A DNA stretch of 62,890 nt, filler included, from Chiloscyllium plagiosum (lineage: Eukaryota), in the NCBI RefSeq assembly GCF_004010195.1. It is 4 parts of one record of this genome, joined end to end, with 100 filler letters (N's around TTAATTAATTAA, not from the genome) between each part and the next. Parts side by side here need not be neighbours in the genome. Positions count along the whole stretch, not along the records: positions 22,883 to 38,341 come from NC_057717.1; positions 38,442 to 54,621 come from NC_057717.1; 2 more parts are not named here. One strand, given 5' to 3'. Below the pieces are notes generated by a model. It saw only the letters and a program-made list of their open reading frames with translations. It had not been told where the DNA came from and ran no database searches. Each line of letters starts with the position of its first letter. The stretch's first letter is position 1. The translations under genes and the position numbers were made by a program. This document shows, piece after piece, positions 35,438 through 48,478 of this stretch.

Positions 35438-37052
35438 TATGAGAGTCATAGAGATGTACAGCATGGAAACAGACCCTTCAGTCCAACCCGTCCATGCCGA
35501 CCAGATATCCCAACCCAATCTAGTTCCACCTGCCAGCACCCGGCCCATATCCCTACAAACTCTTCCGATTCACATGGCCATCCAAATGCCTCTTAAATGT
35601 TGAAACTGTACCAGCCTCCACCACATCCTCTGGCAGCTCATTCCATACACGTATCGCCCTTTGCGTGAAAATGGTGTCCCTTCGGTCTCTTACCACTTTC
35701 TCTGGCAGCTCATTCCATACAGATGCCATTCTTTGTGTGAAATAGTTGCACCAATGGTCTCTTTTATGTCTTTCCCCTGTCACCCTAAACCGATGCCCTC
35801 CAGTTCTGGACTCCCCCACCCCAGGGAAAAGACTTTGTCTATTTATCCTATTCATGCCCCTCATACTTTTGTAACCCTTTACAAGGTCACCCCTCAGACT
35901 CCGATGCTTCAGGGAAAAGCCCCAGCCTGTTAAGCCTCTTTCTGCACCCCAGATCCTCCAACCCTGGCAACATCCTTGTCAATCTATTCTGAACCCTTTC
36001 AAGTTTCACAACATCTTTCAGATAGGAAGAAGACCATAATTGCACGCAGTATTCCAACAGTGGCCTAACCAATTTCCAGTACAGCCGCAACATGTCCTCC
36101 CAAACCCCAGTACTCAATACTCTGACCAATAAAGGAAAGCATACAGAACGCCTTCTTCACTATCCTATCTACCTGCGATGTCACTTCCAAGCAGGTACTA
36201 ACCTGCACTCCAAGGTCTCTTTGTTCAGCAACTCTTCCAAGGACCTTACCATTAGGTCTATAAGTCCTGCAAAGATTTGCTTTTCCAAAATGCAGCACCT
36301 CGCAATTATCTGAATTAAACTCCATCTGAAATTTCTCAACCGATTGTCCAATCTGATCCAGCTCCTGTTGTAATCTGAGGCAACCCTCTTCGCTGTCCAC
36401 TATACCTCCAATATGGTATCATCTGCAAACCTACTAACTGTATCTCTTATGCTCGCATCCAAGTCATTTATGCAAATGACAAAAAGTAGAGGGCCCAGCA
36501 CCGATCCTTGTGACATTCCACTGGTCACAGGCCTCCCGTCTGAAAAACAACCTTCCAACACCACCCTCTGTCTTCTACCTTTGAAATAGTTCAGTCTCCA
36601 ATAGCTAGTTCTCCCTGTATTCCGTGAGATCTAAACTTGCTAATCAGTCTCCCACGGGGAACCTTGTAGAAAGCCTTTCTGAAGTCCATATAGATCACAC
36701 CTACTGCTCTGCCCTCATCAATCTTATTTTTACTTCTTTAAAAACTCAATCAATTTTGTGAGACATGATTTCCCACGTACAAAGCCATGTTGACGGCTCA
36801 CCGGTCTATAATTCCCTGGCTTGTCTTTACCACCCTTCTTAAACAGTGGAACCACGTTTAACAACCTCCAGTCCTCCAGCACCTCACCTGTGGTTATCGA
36901 TGATGCAAATATCTCAGCAAGAGGCCCAGCAATCACTTCTCGAGCTTCCCACAGAGTTGTCGGGTACACCTGATGAGGTCCCTGAAATTTATTTACTTTC
37001 ACCCATTTCAAGACATCCAGCACTTCATCCTCTGCAGTCTGGACATTGTGTC
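35438..37052 (-). mobile_element. 5'-truncated CR1 LINE (RT to 3' end) with internal deletion and duplicated 3' segment
   Basis: ORFs 36730-37023, 36065-36400, 35887-36129 and 35553-35864 are CR1 ORF2. Deletion junction GNYRPVS|RQHGF. VWNELPE occurs twice. Confidence 0.95.
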
Positions 37053-37269
37053 ACATACGGTGCTGTCTTCGGTAGAAAGGGTCAGATTCTAAAGTACGAA
37101 TTCTTAGCGGTTAAGCAAAACAGGAAAAGTTTACTAGGTATCCTAAACGGACCTTGTCCAATTTGTCAGCATTTGCTGCACACTAACCTATAGACCTTCT
37201 TTTTTATTTACCCATTCAAATGCATTTTAAATGTTGTAATTGTTGTATCCACCACCACTTTCTTTCGCA

Positions 37270-38341
37270 GCTCAATTCCCCCCACACTTCCTCAACGTCA
37301 CCCCTGTTCTTACGCAGACTACCCCAAAGTCGCTTTCACTCCCACAACACTGTACGACCGTTACTCTGACTTCACCGCACACTCCCCCACTTTTATACTT
37401 CGACCCCACACACATGCCCACCATTATGCCTACAGAGCCCACACTCCCCCATCTTTCGTCTCACTCCCACACTGAAATGCTCACTCAGCCTTACACTACA
37501 CCATCAACAATCCGATTCCCCAAAACAATACTCTACTCTCACCTTTCCACCATAAACACAACCTCATAACCATCGCACTCACTCCCCCTCACCATTAGTC
37601 ATCATCATGTCCACTCTCTTACACACTTTCTCACGTCATGCTCACTCCCTCATCCAGCCCCCTGCCGTCACGTTCATTCCAGTGCATATTTCCCCACCAT
37701 CATGGTCACTGTCCCACTCACTGCAACAACGTCATGCTCAATCACCCACGCACTCCACCACGATGACGTTCACGCCTATGCACACTCTCGCAGCATCATG
37801 CTCACAGCCACGATTCCTCCCTTACACCCTGCTTACATGCCCCAAAACTTATGCTGTCTTCTTCAAAAACTTCCCCACTCTCAAGCTCACACCTCTGCAC
37901 AATGCCCCAACGTCTCATCCAGTCCTCTGCACACTCCCACACCATCACAAGCATGCCTCTGCACACTCTCACAGCATCACATTCACAGTCATGATGCCTC
38001 CCTTACACACTCCTGCAAACTCCCAAAAGTTACTCTTACTTCCTGGAGAACTGCCCACCATCTGGCTCAATTCAACACAGAGTGCCCCACAGTCATTTTC
38101 GTTCGTCCGTACATTCTCCAACAGTGAATCCCACTCCCCCATGCACATCCAAACCATCCAACACGCTTGCCACTCTCACACTCCCACTATCAATTTTGCT
38201 CCACCCAGACACTTCTCGGCAGTTAATTTCACTCACCCGGACACTCCCTTTCTCTCACGTGCACATCCTCGCAAACCCCCACCGCCATGGCATTCCCACA
38301 GTCACTCCCCCCACTGTCACAGTCACTTCCCGATACACTCC
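37270..38341. repeat. C/A-rich low-complexity tract
   Basis: Strong C/A skew with recurring CACTCCCAC/CACACTC words. Confidence 0.8.
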
Positions 38342-38441
38342 NNNNNNNNNNNNNNNNNNNNNNNNNNNNNNNNNNNNNNNNNNNNTTAATTAATTAANNN
38401 NNNNNNNNNNNNNNNNNNNNNNNNNNNNNNNNNNNNNNNNN
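38342..38441. other. Artificial assembly linker 44N-TTAATTAATTAA-44N
   Basis: Same structure as 22783-22882. Confidence 0.95.
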
Positions 38442-39547
38442 CACTGCACTATCCTCTCTGGATGTTTAGGAATATTTTCTTATTTGTACATATTCCAGGG
38501 GCAAAGTTTGAAGCCAGTTTGAATCAAAAATGGGAAGGTAACAGCTGTGTCATCTCCTTCAGCATAACCTGTGATCTCATGTCAGGGAGAGAGCGCTGCT
38601 GAAACTGGCCATGAAGTGGACTGGTTGGATTCTGGAACTTTCCGAGCAGGAGTGGCTGACACACCGATCATGTGGCAGAGTGCCGTCCTCTGATGTATTT
38701 ACAATGTGACAGAGGCCATGTGCAGTGTATATGCTGGTTCTGTCTCCACCGAAGAACGATCAGAAAAAAACAGATAGGCCTGGTGAACAGGGTGAGCTCG
38801 ATAGCTCTTTTCGGAGGTGGTACTGACATGGTGGGTCTCCTCTTGTACTGACAATTTTTTGGTTTTGTGAGCTACATCACTGTGTATTGGATGGATGCAA
38901 AGTTTTTCAAAGCTGTTTAGTTATCGTGACCGCACATGTTGAGAACAGGAAGGAGAGGGAAAACATAAAACGAAATCCTGGAAAGCTAGATACCAGCTGT
39001 CAGGAAAGTAATAGTACTTTTTGACAAGACACTTCAAGAATTATGATATGATTTGACGGAGTCAGTCTAGATTCAGGAATGTTTGATAAACCTACTGAGG
39101 TTTACACAGAATATTGTTTGTGACATCAATAAACGGGAGCTCTTGGGAGCTGAATAGCTGAATTTTCTGAAGACTTTTGACGTTGTTGCACGCTAGTGAG
39201 TCCACAAAGTTAAGCGTCCTTCTGAAAGGGGTGAACATATACATGTATTGAGAATTGGATCATGGGGATAATACAGAGAGTACGTTCCTGCTCTTGGTTG
39301 AAGGACATTGCTCATAGGGTAAACATATGTCAGTGCTTTGAGCATAGCTAATCACACGGCAAATGAATGATCTGGTTGTGAGATTCATATACAATCATTC
39401 TCATTTCTTATTTGTTAGAAGGTGAGAGGATGGGAAATGCTGTTGGTGAAAGGGACCTGGGTGTCCCCGGACTTGAGGACAGCAAATAATCAGCAGAGGA
39501 AATAGTATGTTGCTCTTAACTGCGAAATTATTCAAGTACAGGAATAA

Positions 39548-39850
39548 GATTAGATTAGATTAGATTAGATTAGATTAGATTAGATTAGATTAGATTAGAT
39601 TAGATTACTTACAGTGTGGAAACAGGCCCTTCGGCCCAACCAGTCCACACCGACCCGCCGAAGCACAACCCACCCATACCCCTACATTTAGTTTCCCTTT
39701 TAACCTAACACTACGGGCAATTTAGCATGGCCAATTCACCTAACCCGCACATCTTTGAGACTGTGGGAGGAAACCGGAGCACCCGCAGGAAACCCACGCA
39801 GACACGGGGAGAATGTGCAAACTCCACACAGTCAATCGCCTGAGTCGAAT
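39548..39850 (-). mobile_element. Young 5'-truncated HE1-like V-SINE with (ATCTA)n tail
   Basis: About 11 GATTA repeats at 39548-39606. Reverse V-domain GACACGGGGAGAATGTGCAAACTCCACACAG. Inserted in a decayed CR1. Confidence 0.9.
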
Positions 39851-41319
39851 GTGTCATCCTGATATTGTAGAGTATTGTTGAGGCAATATTTGGGCAATTT
39901 GTACAGATTTTCTGTCTGTTATAAGGAATGTTCAATTTGCCACAGAGAGAGTGCAAAGGGGTTTTACCAGACGATGATGGTACCATGAGGAGAATGTGAA
40001 GTAAATGCGTGTTTAATCAGTCACACTGTGAGAGAGTAAGAGGTGAATGCACTGCAACTTGAGGGTTGTGGACTGACATCCATTATGTTCAGAAAACACA
40101 TCATAGAGTAAGAAATTGTATATTTTTTTCTCCATGATATGTAATTCCTGATAGTTCACGTACCTGTGTGGAGCCCCAGGCTCTGAAAGAACTCTCACGA
40201 TCTCAAAGTCAAGTTTGTGTGTGACCCTGCACTGTGCACAAATCTCTCAGCAGCCGCAATGCTTTACTCCAGAAAACGTTAGCTATTGTTACCAGCTTCT
40301 GACATCCATAGGAATGCAGGCTGTCTTCTCGGTGGGGAAAAGTGCTTGTTTCAGATGTGTCATGCATCATTGAATTTCCGTCCTCACTGTCAACAAACTA
40401 TGTTTAAGTAACATGTGTGAACCATTAGCAATGGTTTCCGATGAACACCTCGGTGTGCTATCTGGGCTCTTTGCCTCCATATGCAACGGGCAGGTGAGAC
40501 TGAATAAGCCTTCTTCTTATCAAATCGATTCGATGCGATGAACGGCTTCTTCATATTACTGGGAAATCAGTTTGAGGTGTTGAATAAACTATTTTATTAC
40601 GGTGGTAATGAGCAGTGTCGAGCAGTACTGTTACGTGAATGTTCATGACACTTTCGCAGCACAATCGCGAGTGTTGTCCAGGTCTTACTGCACATGGTTA
40701 TACACGGCTTCAGAAGATGGGGTGGGGTGGGTACATTTTTCTGAACATTGCTTAATCTTCAGTGAACATCCCACTTCTGATCTTATGGTGTAGGCAAGGC
40801 ATTTATGGAGCGGCTGAAGATGTTTGTACTGTGGAAGCAAAGTTGAGGATTTCCTATTGAGATATCCCGTGACTGAGAGGATTGACTTCCATTAACCACA
40901 AATATCACGCTTTGTGCTCTGAATGATCTCATGCAGTGGGAGGTTTACAACGGATTCCATTAACTTCAATTTTGTTCGGGTTCCTTGATACGATCATCAG
41001 TCAAATCCTGCCTTGATATCAGGGCCATTCATTTCTACCTTGTGTTCATGTCTTTTGTTAATATCTTTAAGACACCGTGTTCGTGTGGGAATGTTTCCTT
41101 TTCACAGAGGGTAGTGACTGTCGTGACATCACTATACCAGAGAGTTAGGGCAGAAGGTGTACGAGATGTTTGGAAGGGGGAATACAACGAATTGTAAAAG
41201 CATCAGAGAGTTGAGGGCTGCAGGGCTTGGGCGCAAGAGAGGAGTTGAGGCCTGGAGTAGATCAGCCATGATATTAGTGAAGTGTAAGTTCGGATTGAGG
41301 ACCTGAATGACTTACTCAT

Positions 41320-41401
41320 ATTTCTTATGTTCTTGAATTTTGTTACAGGAAAGTCAGTGGATTTCTTATGTTCTTGAATTTTGTTACAGGAAAGTCAGTG
41401 G
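41320..41401. repeat. 41-bp perfect tandem duplication
   Basis: ATTTCTTATGTTCTTGAATTTTGTTACAGGAAAGTCAGTGG twice, at the end of a CR1 3' tail. Confidence 0.95.
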
Positions 41402-43029
41402 TTGTAATCGTCCTCGAATTCTTATCATTGAATGTTGCAGTCAGGGAGACCAGAGGAATTTGTGAGCAAATTCTGTGTGTTGTATTCACAGTAGATTTGT
41501 GCCAACAACTTGACCAATAAATGGAGAGAGGTCAACTTCTGTAAAAAGAGAGGAAGGGGATGTTCCACATTGGCACCACATTCGCTTCCCAATTACATTT
41601 TCCAATCCACCAAAAGCTGTGAATGACAGTCCTGAGGGCCTGAAATGTCTCTTCTGATTCTGTGCACCAGGTATTATAACCAAACGGGCTCTAACTGCCC
41701 CTGTGTAGCACATCTTGGCGGCAGAATTGAACAATGGGAAACCGGAATGAGGGGCTTGAATTGGTCATGATACCCTTTGCCCTACTCCAAAATAACATCA
41801 GGTCATAGTTGATTTGTTTGTAAAAAGAGTTGCACTTTCTTATCTTTCTTATCATTGACTCACTTGACTGTCAAATATCTCACTAATAGTTTTGAATAAA
41901 TTCAACACGTAACACCAGAACCTTTGGGGATGAGAGTATTAACTCATGTGGCCCATTGAGAAGTTTGATCGATGTTGGAGGGTAACTGTGCCCTTTTCTA
42001 GTCTCACTCCTGACGAAGTTCAATTGTAATCAGATTGGTAATATGGTTAGTTATGTAACTCTCAGACTGATTTGTGTTCAGTGGTCGGGTCCAGTTAGGC
42101 AGATGTCATAAATTTGCAAAAATAACTAATCTGTTATTAAGCAAAGTTAGTAAAGCTATGACAGATGAAAAATAAATTATTCATTTAACATATGCACATG
42201 AGTACTTATTTTTCTATAAATGCTGAGACACATGCACAAAAACATATGCAGACATTGTTTTGCGCACACAGAAACACACACACATGCCTGAACACAAACA
42301 CAAAATGAAAACGCTGTCGATGCATTAACCTGAAAGAGGTTTGTCAAAATAATTGTTAAACTCATGACAAAAAGAAAATCAGATCGTGTTGAAAGATATA
42401 CTGCCTCTGAAGTTATTCTGCCCTGGCAAGCTGTTGACAATGGGATTTCCTCCTGGTATCTACCTGAATTCCCTTTTCTGAAGGAAGTGGAGAGATTCCT
42501 ATGCATGCGCAAAGGGAATCCTCCACGAGTGGTAACGATGACTGACGGGTTTTCAACTCTTGTATGCTGCTGTGAGCAGGAGTAGTGAAGGAAAGGGAGC
42601 AATAGGCTGTTGTTCCTCAAGTATGTTACATGTTCTCAGTGTCTGAGATGAAACCTACAGTAATGTTATCCGAGCACAAATCTGTGTCATTTGATGTCTG
42701 TGTGAATATTCTGTGGACGATATGACACCATCCCTGTTCCATACTCCATGTGGGAGCGATTTATAATTTGAAGAATTGTTCTTGTCATTTTTGTATAATA
42801 CGTGTCTTCATAATATCAGTGTCAAAATGAATACTGTACGTTGTTTTCATCAAGGCGAATCCTTAGTCTTATTCTCCTATAAAAGCGGAAACATTCATCA
42901 GCTAAATATCTGATTTACTCAATTAATCTATTCTCCGTTACAAGATGAACATCTCTCATTCTCAGGCCTGACGTGTTATAAACTGGCGAAAGTTCTAAAG
43001 ATCATAACGAACACGAATACAGTGAATTG

Positions 43030-43332
43030 CCATTTTCTTAGAGTGGGGATGTCGAAAGCTAGGTGGCCGAGTGGAAATGTTTAAAAGGGTGCTGATGCAT
43101 AACATTTTATCAGCCAGAGGATGTAGCTTGCATGGAATGAGCTGCCAGACGACGTGGTGGAGGCTGGTACAATTACAATAGTTAAAAAGCCAACTGGATG
43201 GAAATATGAATAGGAAGTGTTACGAGGGATATGGGCCAAATACTGGGAAGTGGGAGTAGATCAGATTGCGATGTCTGTTGATCACGGACGAGTTGGATTG
43301 AAGTGTCCGTTTCCATGCTGCATTACTCTGAC
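43030..43332 (+). mobile_element. CR1 LINE 3' fragment
   Basis: TGGAATGAGCTGCCAGA..GTGGTGGAGGCTGGTACAATTACAA and a matching 3' UTR. Confidence 0.8.
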
Positions 43333-44734
43333 ACACATAAAACCGTAAATCCCTGAACAGGTTATTTGAAACATATTGAAATCCTACTGAAGCGATTGAT
43401 TTATTTTCAGTTGTGCGAATCATAACTGCATCTAATACATCAGATGTGATCTGAACAATTCCAAGTACAAATGCAGTAAAACATCACGATGATTATAACT
43501 ATAACCTTTGCAGGAAACAATATCATTTCAAATCCCTTGCAAATCACGTTTTGACTTTGCAGATTAACTGCAGATTCGTGTGCCAGAAGCACATGAATTC
43601 TTTTGCTCCACTCATTTATGCAATCTCTCTCAATTTATGTCTTTCACTGTTGTTTTACGCTTCCATCATAGTTCAAAAAACCCAGCACACGCATTATTGC
43701 ACTTTTGCTGAAGGTTTGTACACTAATCTCCCCAATCCATATCCCAGTGCAGACCATCCTTCCCCAATTAAATGATTATCTTGGTGAATGAGTTATTTCA
43801 GCTCCATCCAAACAGTCCCCTGATCCATATCATTTATATAAGTTGTAAATAGTTGATGATCTCACACGAATGCCTGAGACACTCCACCAAGTTATAGATT
43901 TCCAACCCAAAAATAAACGTTTCTCTCTGCTGTCTATTTCCTATTAGTTACCCAGTGCTACCCTTTGCTGTGTAGAAGCCTGGAAAGTTGGATAGTCTCA
44001 TCATGTGCTGTGCAATTACATGAAATGCAGAAAACTTCATTGTATTTGTGCATAACTCCTTAGATGGCAGAATGGTCTTCTTCCATCTCATTGTAACGAT
44101 ACTGACTGGCTGAATGGGATCTTCCTCTAAGTCTGTATCTGCTTAGTGGTTAGGGATTGGAGAAAAACACATGGGATAGGAGCAGTAGCTGACCATTTGG
44201 ACTATTGAACCTACTGCACCAATCAGAATTCTTTGATTGTGATGTGATTGCGACTGAACACCCTTTTCCTGTTTGTTCCCAAAAAAACATGGATTCTGTT
44301 GTTCTATGGAACTCAAGCTTGAATGTTTTCAATGAACCCGTCTTCACTAGTGTTTGGGGATGGGAAGAGCAGAGAAGCCACAACCGATAAGAGAAAGGAA
44401 CATTCCTCCTCAGCCTGATTCACTAAAAAGTGTTCAGCTCAAAACTATCACCACACTATTGAGGCATAAGGCCACAACAACTAGAAACACATAGATACCA
44501 TACACCCTCTCAACATTGTCCACATTTCCATTAATCCTGGACAGTTAAATGCTTATTCAATTCAGCCTCCACTGAACGTACCGAAAGACAACTCCAGATA
44601 TCATAATTTTGCAAGAGTCTAAGAAATTGGAGCAGATTTAGGCTGTTCAGGCCAACGAGTCTGTAGTAGCGTTTGGTTTTGGCTGAAGGGTTTCTGAACT
44701 CTATTCTCCTGCCTTCTCCAACTGAACATTATAG

Positions 44735-45965
44735 AGTAATGGTGATAGAGATGTACAGCATGGAAACAGACCCTTCGGTTCAAGCCGTCCATGCCAACCA
44801 ATTGTCCCAACCCAATCTAGGCACACCTGCCAGCACCCGCCCCATATTCCTTCAAAACCTTCCTATTCATATACACATCCAAATGCCTCTTAAAAGTTGC
44901 AATTATACCAGCCTCTACCACTTTCTCTGGCAGCTCATTCCATACAGATGCCATTCTTTGTGTGAAATAGTTGCACCAATGGTCTCTTTTATGTCTTTCC
45001 CCTGTCACCATAAACCGATGCCCTCTAGTTCTGGACTCCCCAACCGCAAGGAAGAGACATTGTCTATTTACCCGAGCCATGCCCCTCATGTTTTTTTTTC
45101 AACCTCTATAAAGTCAATCCTCAGCCTCCGACGCTCCAGGGTAAAGAGGCACAGCCTGTTCAGTCCCTCCCATTCACTCAAATCCTCCAACACTGACAAC
45201 ATCCTTGTAAATCTTTTCTGAACCCTTTCAAGTTTCGCAATATTTCTCCGATCGCAATGAGACCAGAATTGCACACAATATTCCAACAATGGCCTAAGTA
45301 ATGTCCTGTAAAGTCTCAACATGACCTCCCAACTCCTGTACTCAATAACCTGAACAATAAAAGAAAGCATAACAAACGCCTCCTTCACTCTCCTATCTAC
45401 GTGCGACTCCACTTTCAAGGAGCTATGAACCTACAATCCAAGGTCTCTTTGTTTACCAACACTCCCTAGGACCCTACCATTAAGTGTATAAGTCCTGCTA
45501 AGATTTGCTATCCCAAAATGCAGCACCTCGCATTTATCTGTATTAAACTCCATCTGCCACTTCTCAGCCTATTGGCCCATCTGATCAAGATCCTATTCAA
45601 CTCAGAGCAAACCCTCTTCGCTGTCCACTGCACCTCCAATTTTGGTGTCATCTGCAAACGTACTAACTGTACATATTATGCTAGCATCCAAATCATTTAT
45701 ATAAATGACAAAACGTAGTGCACCCAGCACCGATCCTTGTGACACTCCACTGTCCACAGGCCTCCAGTCTGAAAAACCACCCTCCACCACCACCCTCTGT
45801 CTTCTATCTTTGAGCCAGTTCTGTGTCCAAATGGTTGGTTCTCCCTGTATTCCGTGAGATCTAACCTTGCTAATCAATCTTCTTTGGGCAACCTTGTTGA
45901 AAGCCTGACTGAAGTCCATGTACATCCCATCTACCGCTCTGCTTTCATCAATCTTCTTCGTTACT
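44735..45965 (-). mobile_element. 5'-truncated CR1 LINE (RT to 3' end)
   Basis: ORFs YMDFSQAFNKV...TFADDTKIGG and RPLLEYCVQFWS. Confidence 0.95.
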
Positions 45966-46019
45966 TATTCATCCCCGTTAATGATAAACATAACTATCTC
46001 TGTCTGAAATACACGATTT

Positions 46020-46952
46020 AGTGAACTGGTCACACTGCAGGTTGGAATGCCTGAGCGAGGTAGTGAATGGGTGACCAAAATTCAGTAAAGAAAGTGTAGG
46101 AAGACAGTGCATGTGTTCACTGCGGTCATCACACTCCAAAACACCTTTACTGTTTGGAATACTGCTGGTGGAGATGGCTTACCAGGGGAGGGCAGCAGTT
46201 GCCAAGATCATGGCACTGTGGTGGGCACTGCTATCCAGATTGCGGAAAAAAGACTCATAGGGCCATAGTCATAAGGGATTCCGGTATGATATGTAGCCTC
46301 GGTCAGGGATGTCACCGGTGGCCTTCAGAGCAATCTAAAAGGGGAGTTTGAACAGCCAGTTGTCTTGGTGCATACAGGCACCAACAATAAAAGTGATAAA
46401 TGAGGTGAGTTCCTGAAATCAAAATTGTGGCAGCAAGGAGAGAAGTTAAAAAGGAGGATCTAAATGGTAGTGATCTCGGGATTATTACCAGTGCCACATA
46501 TTAGCCAGTGCAGAAATGAGAAAATACGCAGGATGAACACGAGGCTTGACGAATGGTGTAAGAGGGAGGAGTTCAGATTTGTTGGACATTGGGACCGCTA
46601 CTATAGAAGGTGACACTATTACAAATTGGACTGTCTGCATCTAAACCAGACTGGAACTGATAGCCTTGGAGCAGTTTTTGCTACTGCAGTTGGGGAGGTT
46701 TTAAATTAATGTGGCAAGGGGATGGGAACCAGAAGAGAAAACAAGTCGACAGCGAGGTGGAAACTGGACACTGTAAGAAATATGAAGATAGCATTAATAG
46801 CGGGAAGGGTAGACTGGGAGCAGAAGAACGCAAAAGAACTGGTAGCCTGACGCACATATACTTTAATGCAAGTGTGTACTGGGTAAGGGAGATGAACTTA
46901 GGTCTTGGATTCGTGCCTTGGAGTATGACGGGCTTGCAATCACAGAGACTTG
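46020..46952 (+). mobile_element. Decayed CR1 ORF1/esterase and ORF2 start
   Basis: RAIVIRDS, VISGLLPVP and DxLHLN esterase-like motifs, then YFNAS..AITET at the gap edge. Confidence 0.75.
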
Positions 46953-47452
46953 NNNNNNNNNNNNNNNNNNNNNNNNNNNNNNNNNNNNNNNNNNNNNNNN
47001 NNNNNNNNNNNNNNNNNNNNNNNNNNNNNNNNNNNNNNNNNNNNNNNNNNNNNNNNNNNNNNNNNNNNNNNNNNNNNNNNNNNNNNNNNNNNNNNNNNNN
47101 NNNNNNNNNNNNNNNNNNNNNNNNNNNNNNNNNNNNNNNNNNNNNNNNNNNNNNNNNNNNNNNNNNNNNNNNNNNNNNNNNNNNNNNNNNNNNNNNNNNN
47201 NNNNNNNNNNNNNNNNNNNNNNNNNNNNNNNNNNNNNNNNNNNNNNNNNNNNNNNNNNNNNNNNNNNNNNNNNNNNNNNNNNNNNNNNNNNNNNNNNNNN
47301 NNNNNNNNNNNNNNNNNNNNNNNNNNNNNNNNNNNNNNNNNNNNNNNNNNNNNNNNNNNNNNNNNNNNNNNNNNNNNNNNNNNNNNNNNNNNNNNNNNNN
47401 NNNNNNNNNNNNNNNNNNNNNNNNNNNNNNNNNNNNNNNNNNNNNNNNNNNN
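46953..47452. other. 500-N scaffold gap
   Basis: Run of 500 N that truncates the GPCR exon. Confidence 1.
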
Positions 47453-47834
47453 CTGAGCGTAAAATACCAGAAAATGTCCTTTAAAAAGCTCAGCACAGTA
47501 ATTACTCCCAGAACCACAGCCGCCGTTTTCTCAGTGCAATATTTCACTTTCAGACTCTGGCAATAAATGGCCACAAACCGATCAAAGGTGAAAGTGACGG
47601 TGAACCAGACAGAACAGTCAGTGGCTGCATAAAGCAGGACGGAATGAACATTACACACAGGGATGTCCCAAAGGAAATAAAACTGCTCCCGGTAAACAAT
47701 GGGAATGTGTCTCAATATCAGGTCGAGGATAATGACCAGTAGATCCGCCACTGCCATGGCCTCCAGGTAACGTCGGACACATGGAGACAATCCACAATCT
47801 TTATAAAGCAGGACATAGATCGTCACTACGTTAG
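47453..47834 (-). CDS. GPR139/GPR142-like class A GPCR, exon 2 5' part (TM1 end to TM4), truncated by gap
   Basis: Acceptor TTGTCCTTCCTTACAG|CT (phase 1), then open frame (A)NVVTIYVLLYKDCGLSPCVRRYLEAMAVADLLVII...CSVWFTVTFTFDRFVAIYCQSLKVKYCTEKTA...KDIFWYF. Confidence 0.92.
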
Positions 47835-48344
47835 CTGTAAGGAAGGACAACGAAAGCGTTATACATCAAGCCTGGAGTCAAAGTTACCAGTTTGATTGAG
47901 AACCCAGTGAGATTTTCAAATGTGTCACTGTATGCAAAGACTATTGACAAACATACGTCAGAAAACACAAGCACCCCAAACAGATAGAGACATATCTATA
48001 AGAACAGAAAGTGTAGAGAACATTCACACACTCTCAATCACTGGAGAGCAGGTACAGGTCGCTTCTTCCCTTGTCCCACGATGGAGCGTGAAAATATTAC
48101 TGTCCTGAAGGATTATCTTCCAGTTCCTTGAAGACAAACTGAGTATGGAAATTTTTGTGTTGTAGTCTGAATTGTGATCGATCCTGTTTCATGAATAAAT
48201 GTATACGCAGGGAAACAATTCACTTATTTTACTGCCCGAGGGGACTTCAGAACAGTGTCTTCTTCTCTCATTCACTCGGGATCATATCTTCTGTTCAATT
48301 GACTGAAGGCTGGCCGTTCACAGATAATATCAGGGACAGAATTT

Positions 48345-48478
48345 CCGTAGAATGTTGCATTTAGAGTGTTCCAGGCAAAGTCGTGTACGGAAAGTTCCAG
48401 GAGAATGTTGGGTACTGGATGTTCCGGGAAATGTTGGTTGTGGAATGTTCAGGGGAATGTTAGACATAGAATGTGATG
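48345..48478. repeat. Degenerate ~25-bp minisatellite
   Basis: Recurring GAATGTTCCAGGGAATGTTGG-like units. Confidence 0.55.

Noticed and set aside
37240..38389. His/Pro/Thr-rich ORFs up to 260 aa
   Set aside because: A by-product of a C/A-rich low-complexity tract that lacks stop codons. No domain is recognisable.
40210..40237. RSS-like CACTGTG heptamer with upstream T-rich word (also near 38860-38884)
   Set aside because: Nonamer match and spacer length do not fit 12/23, and there is no adjacent V/D/J coding segment.
20352..47834. Joining exon 1 at 20352 to exon 2 at 47834 as one gene
   Set aside because: Phases are compatible, but the exons are on opposite strands and separated by two artificial linkers and gaps. 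Not supportable here.
46681..47850. 389-aa ORF as a complete GPCR
   Set aside because: Only 47453-47834 is receptor sequence. The middle is a 500-N gap, the tail is antisense CR1 ORF1, and the apparent start lies in the splice acceptor.
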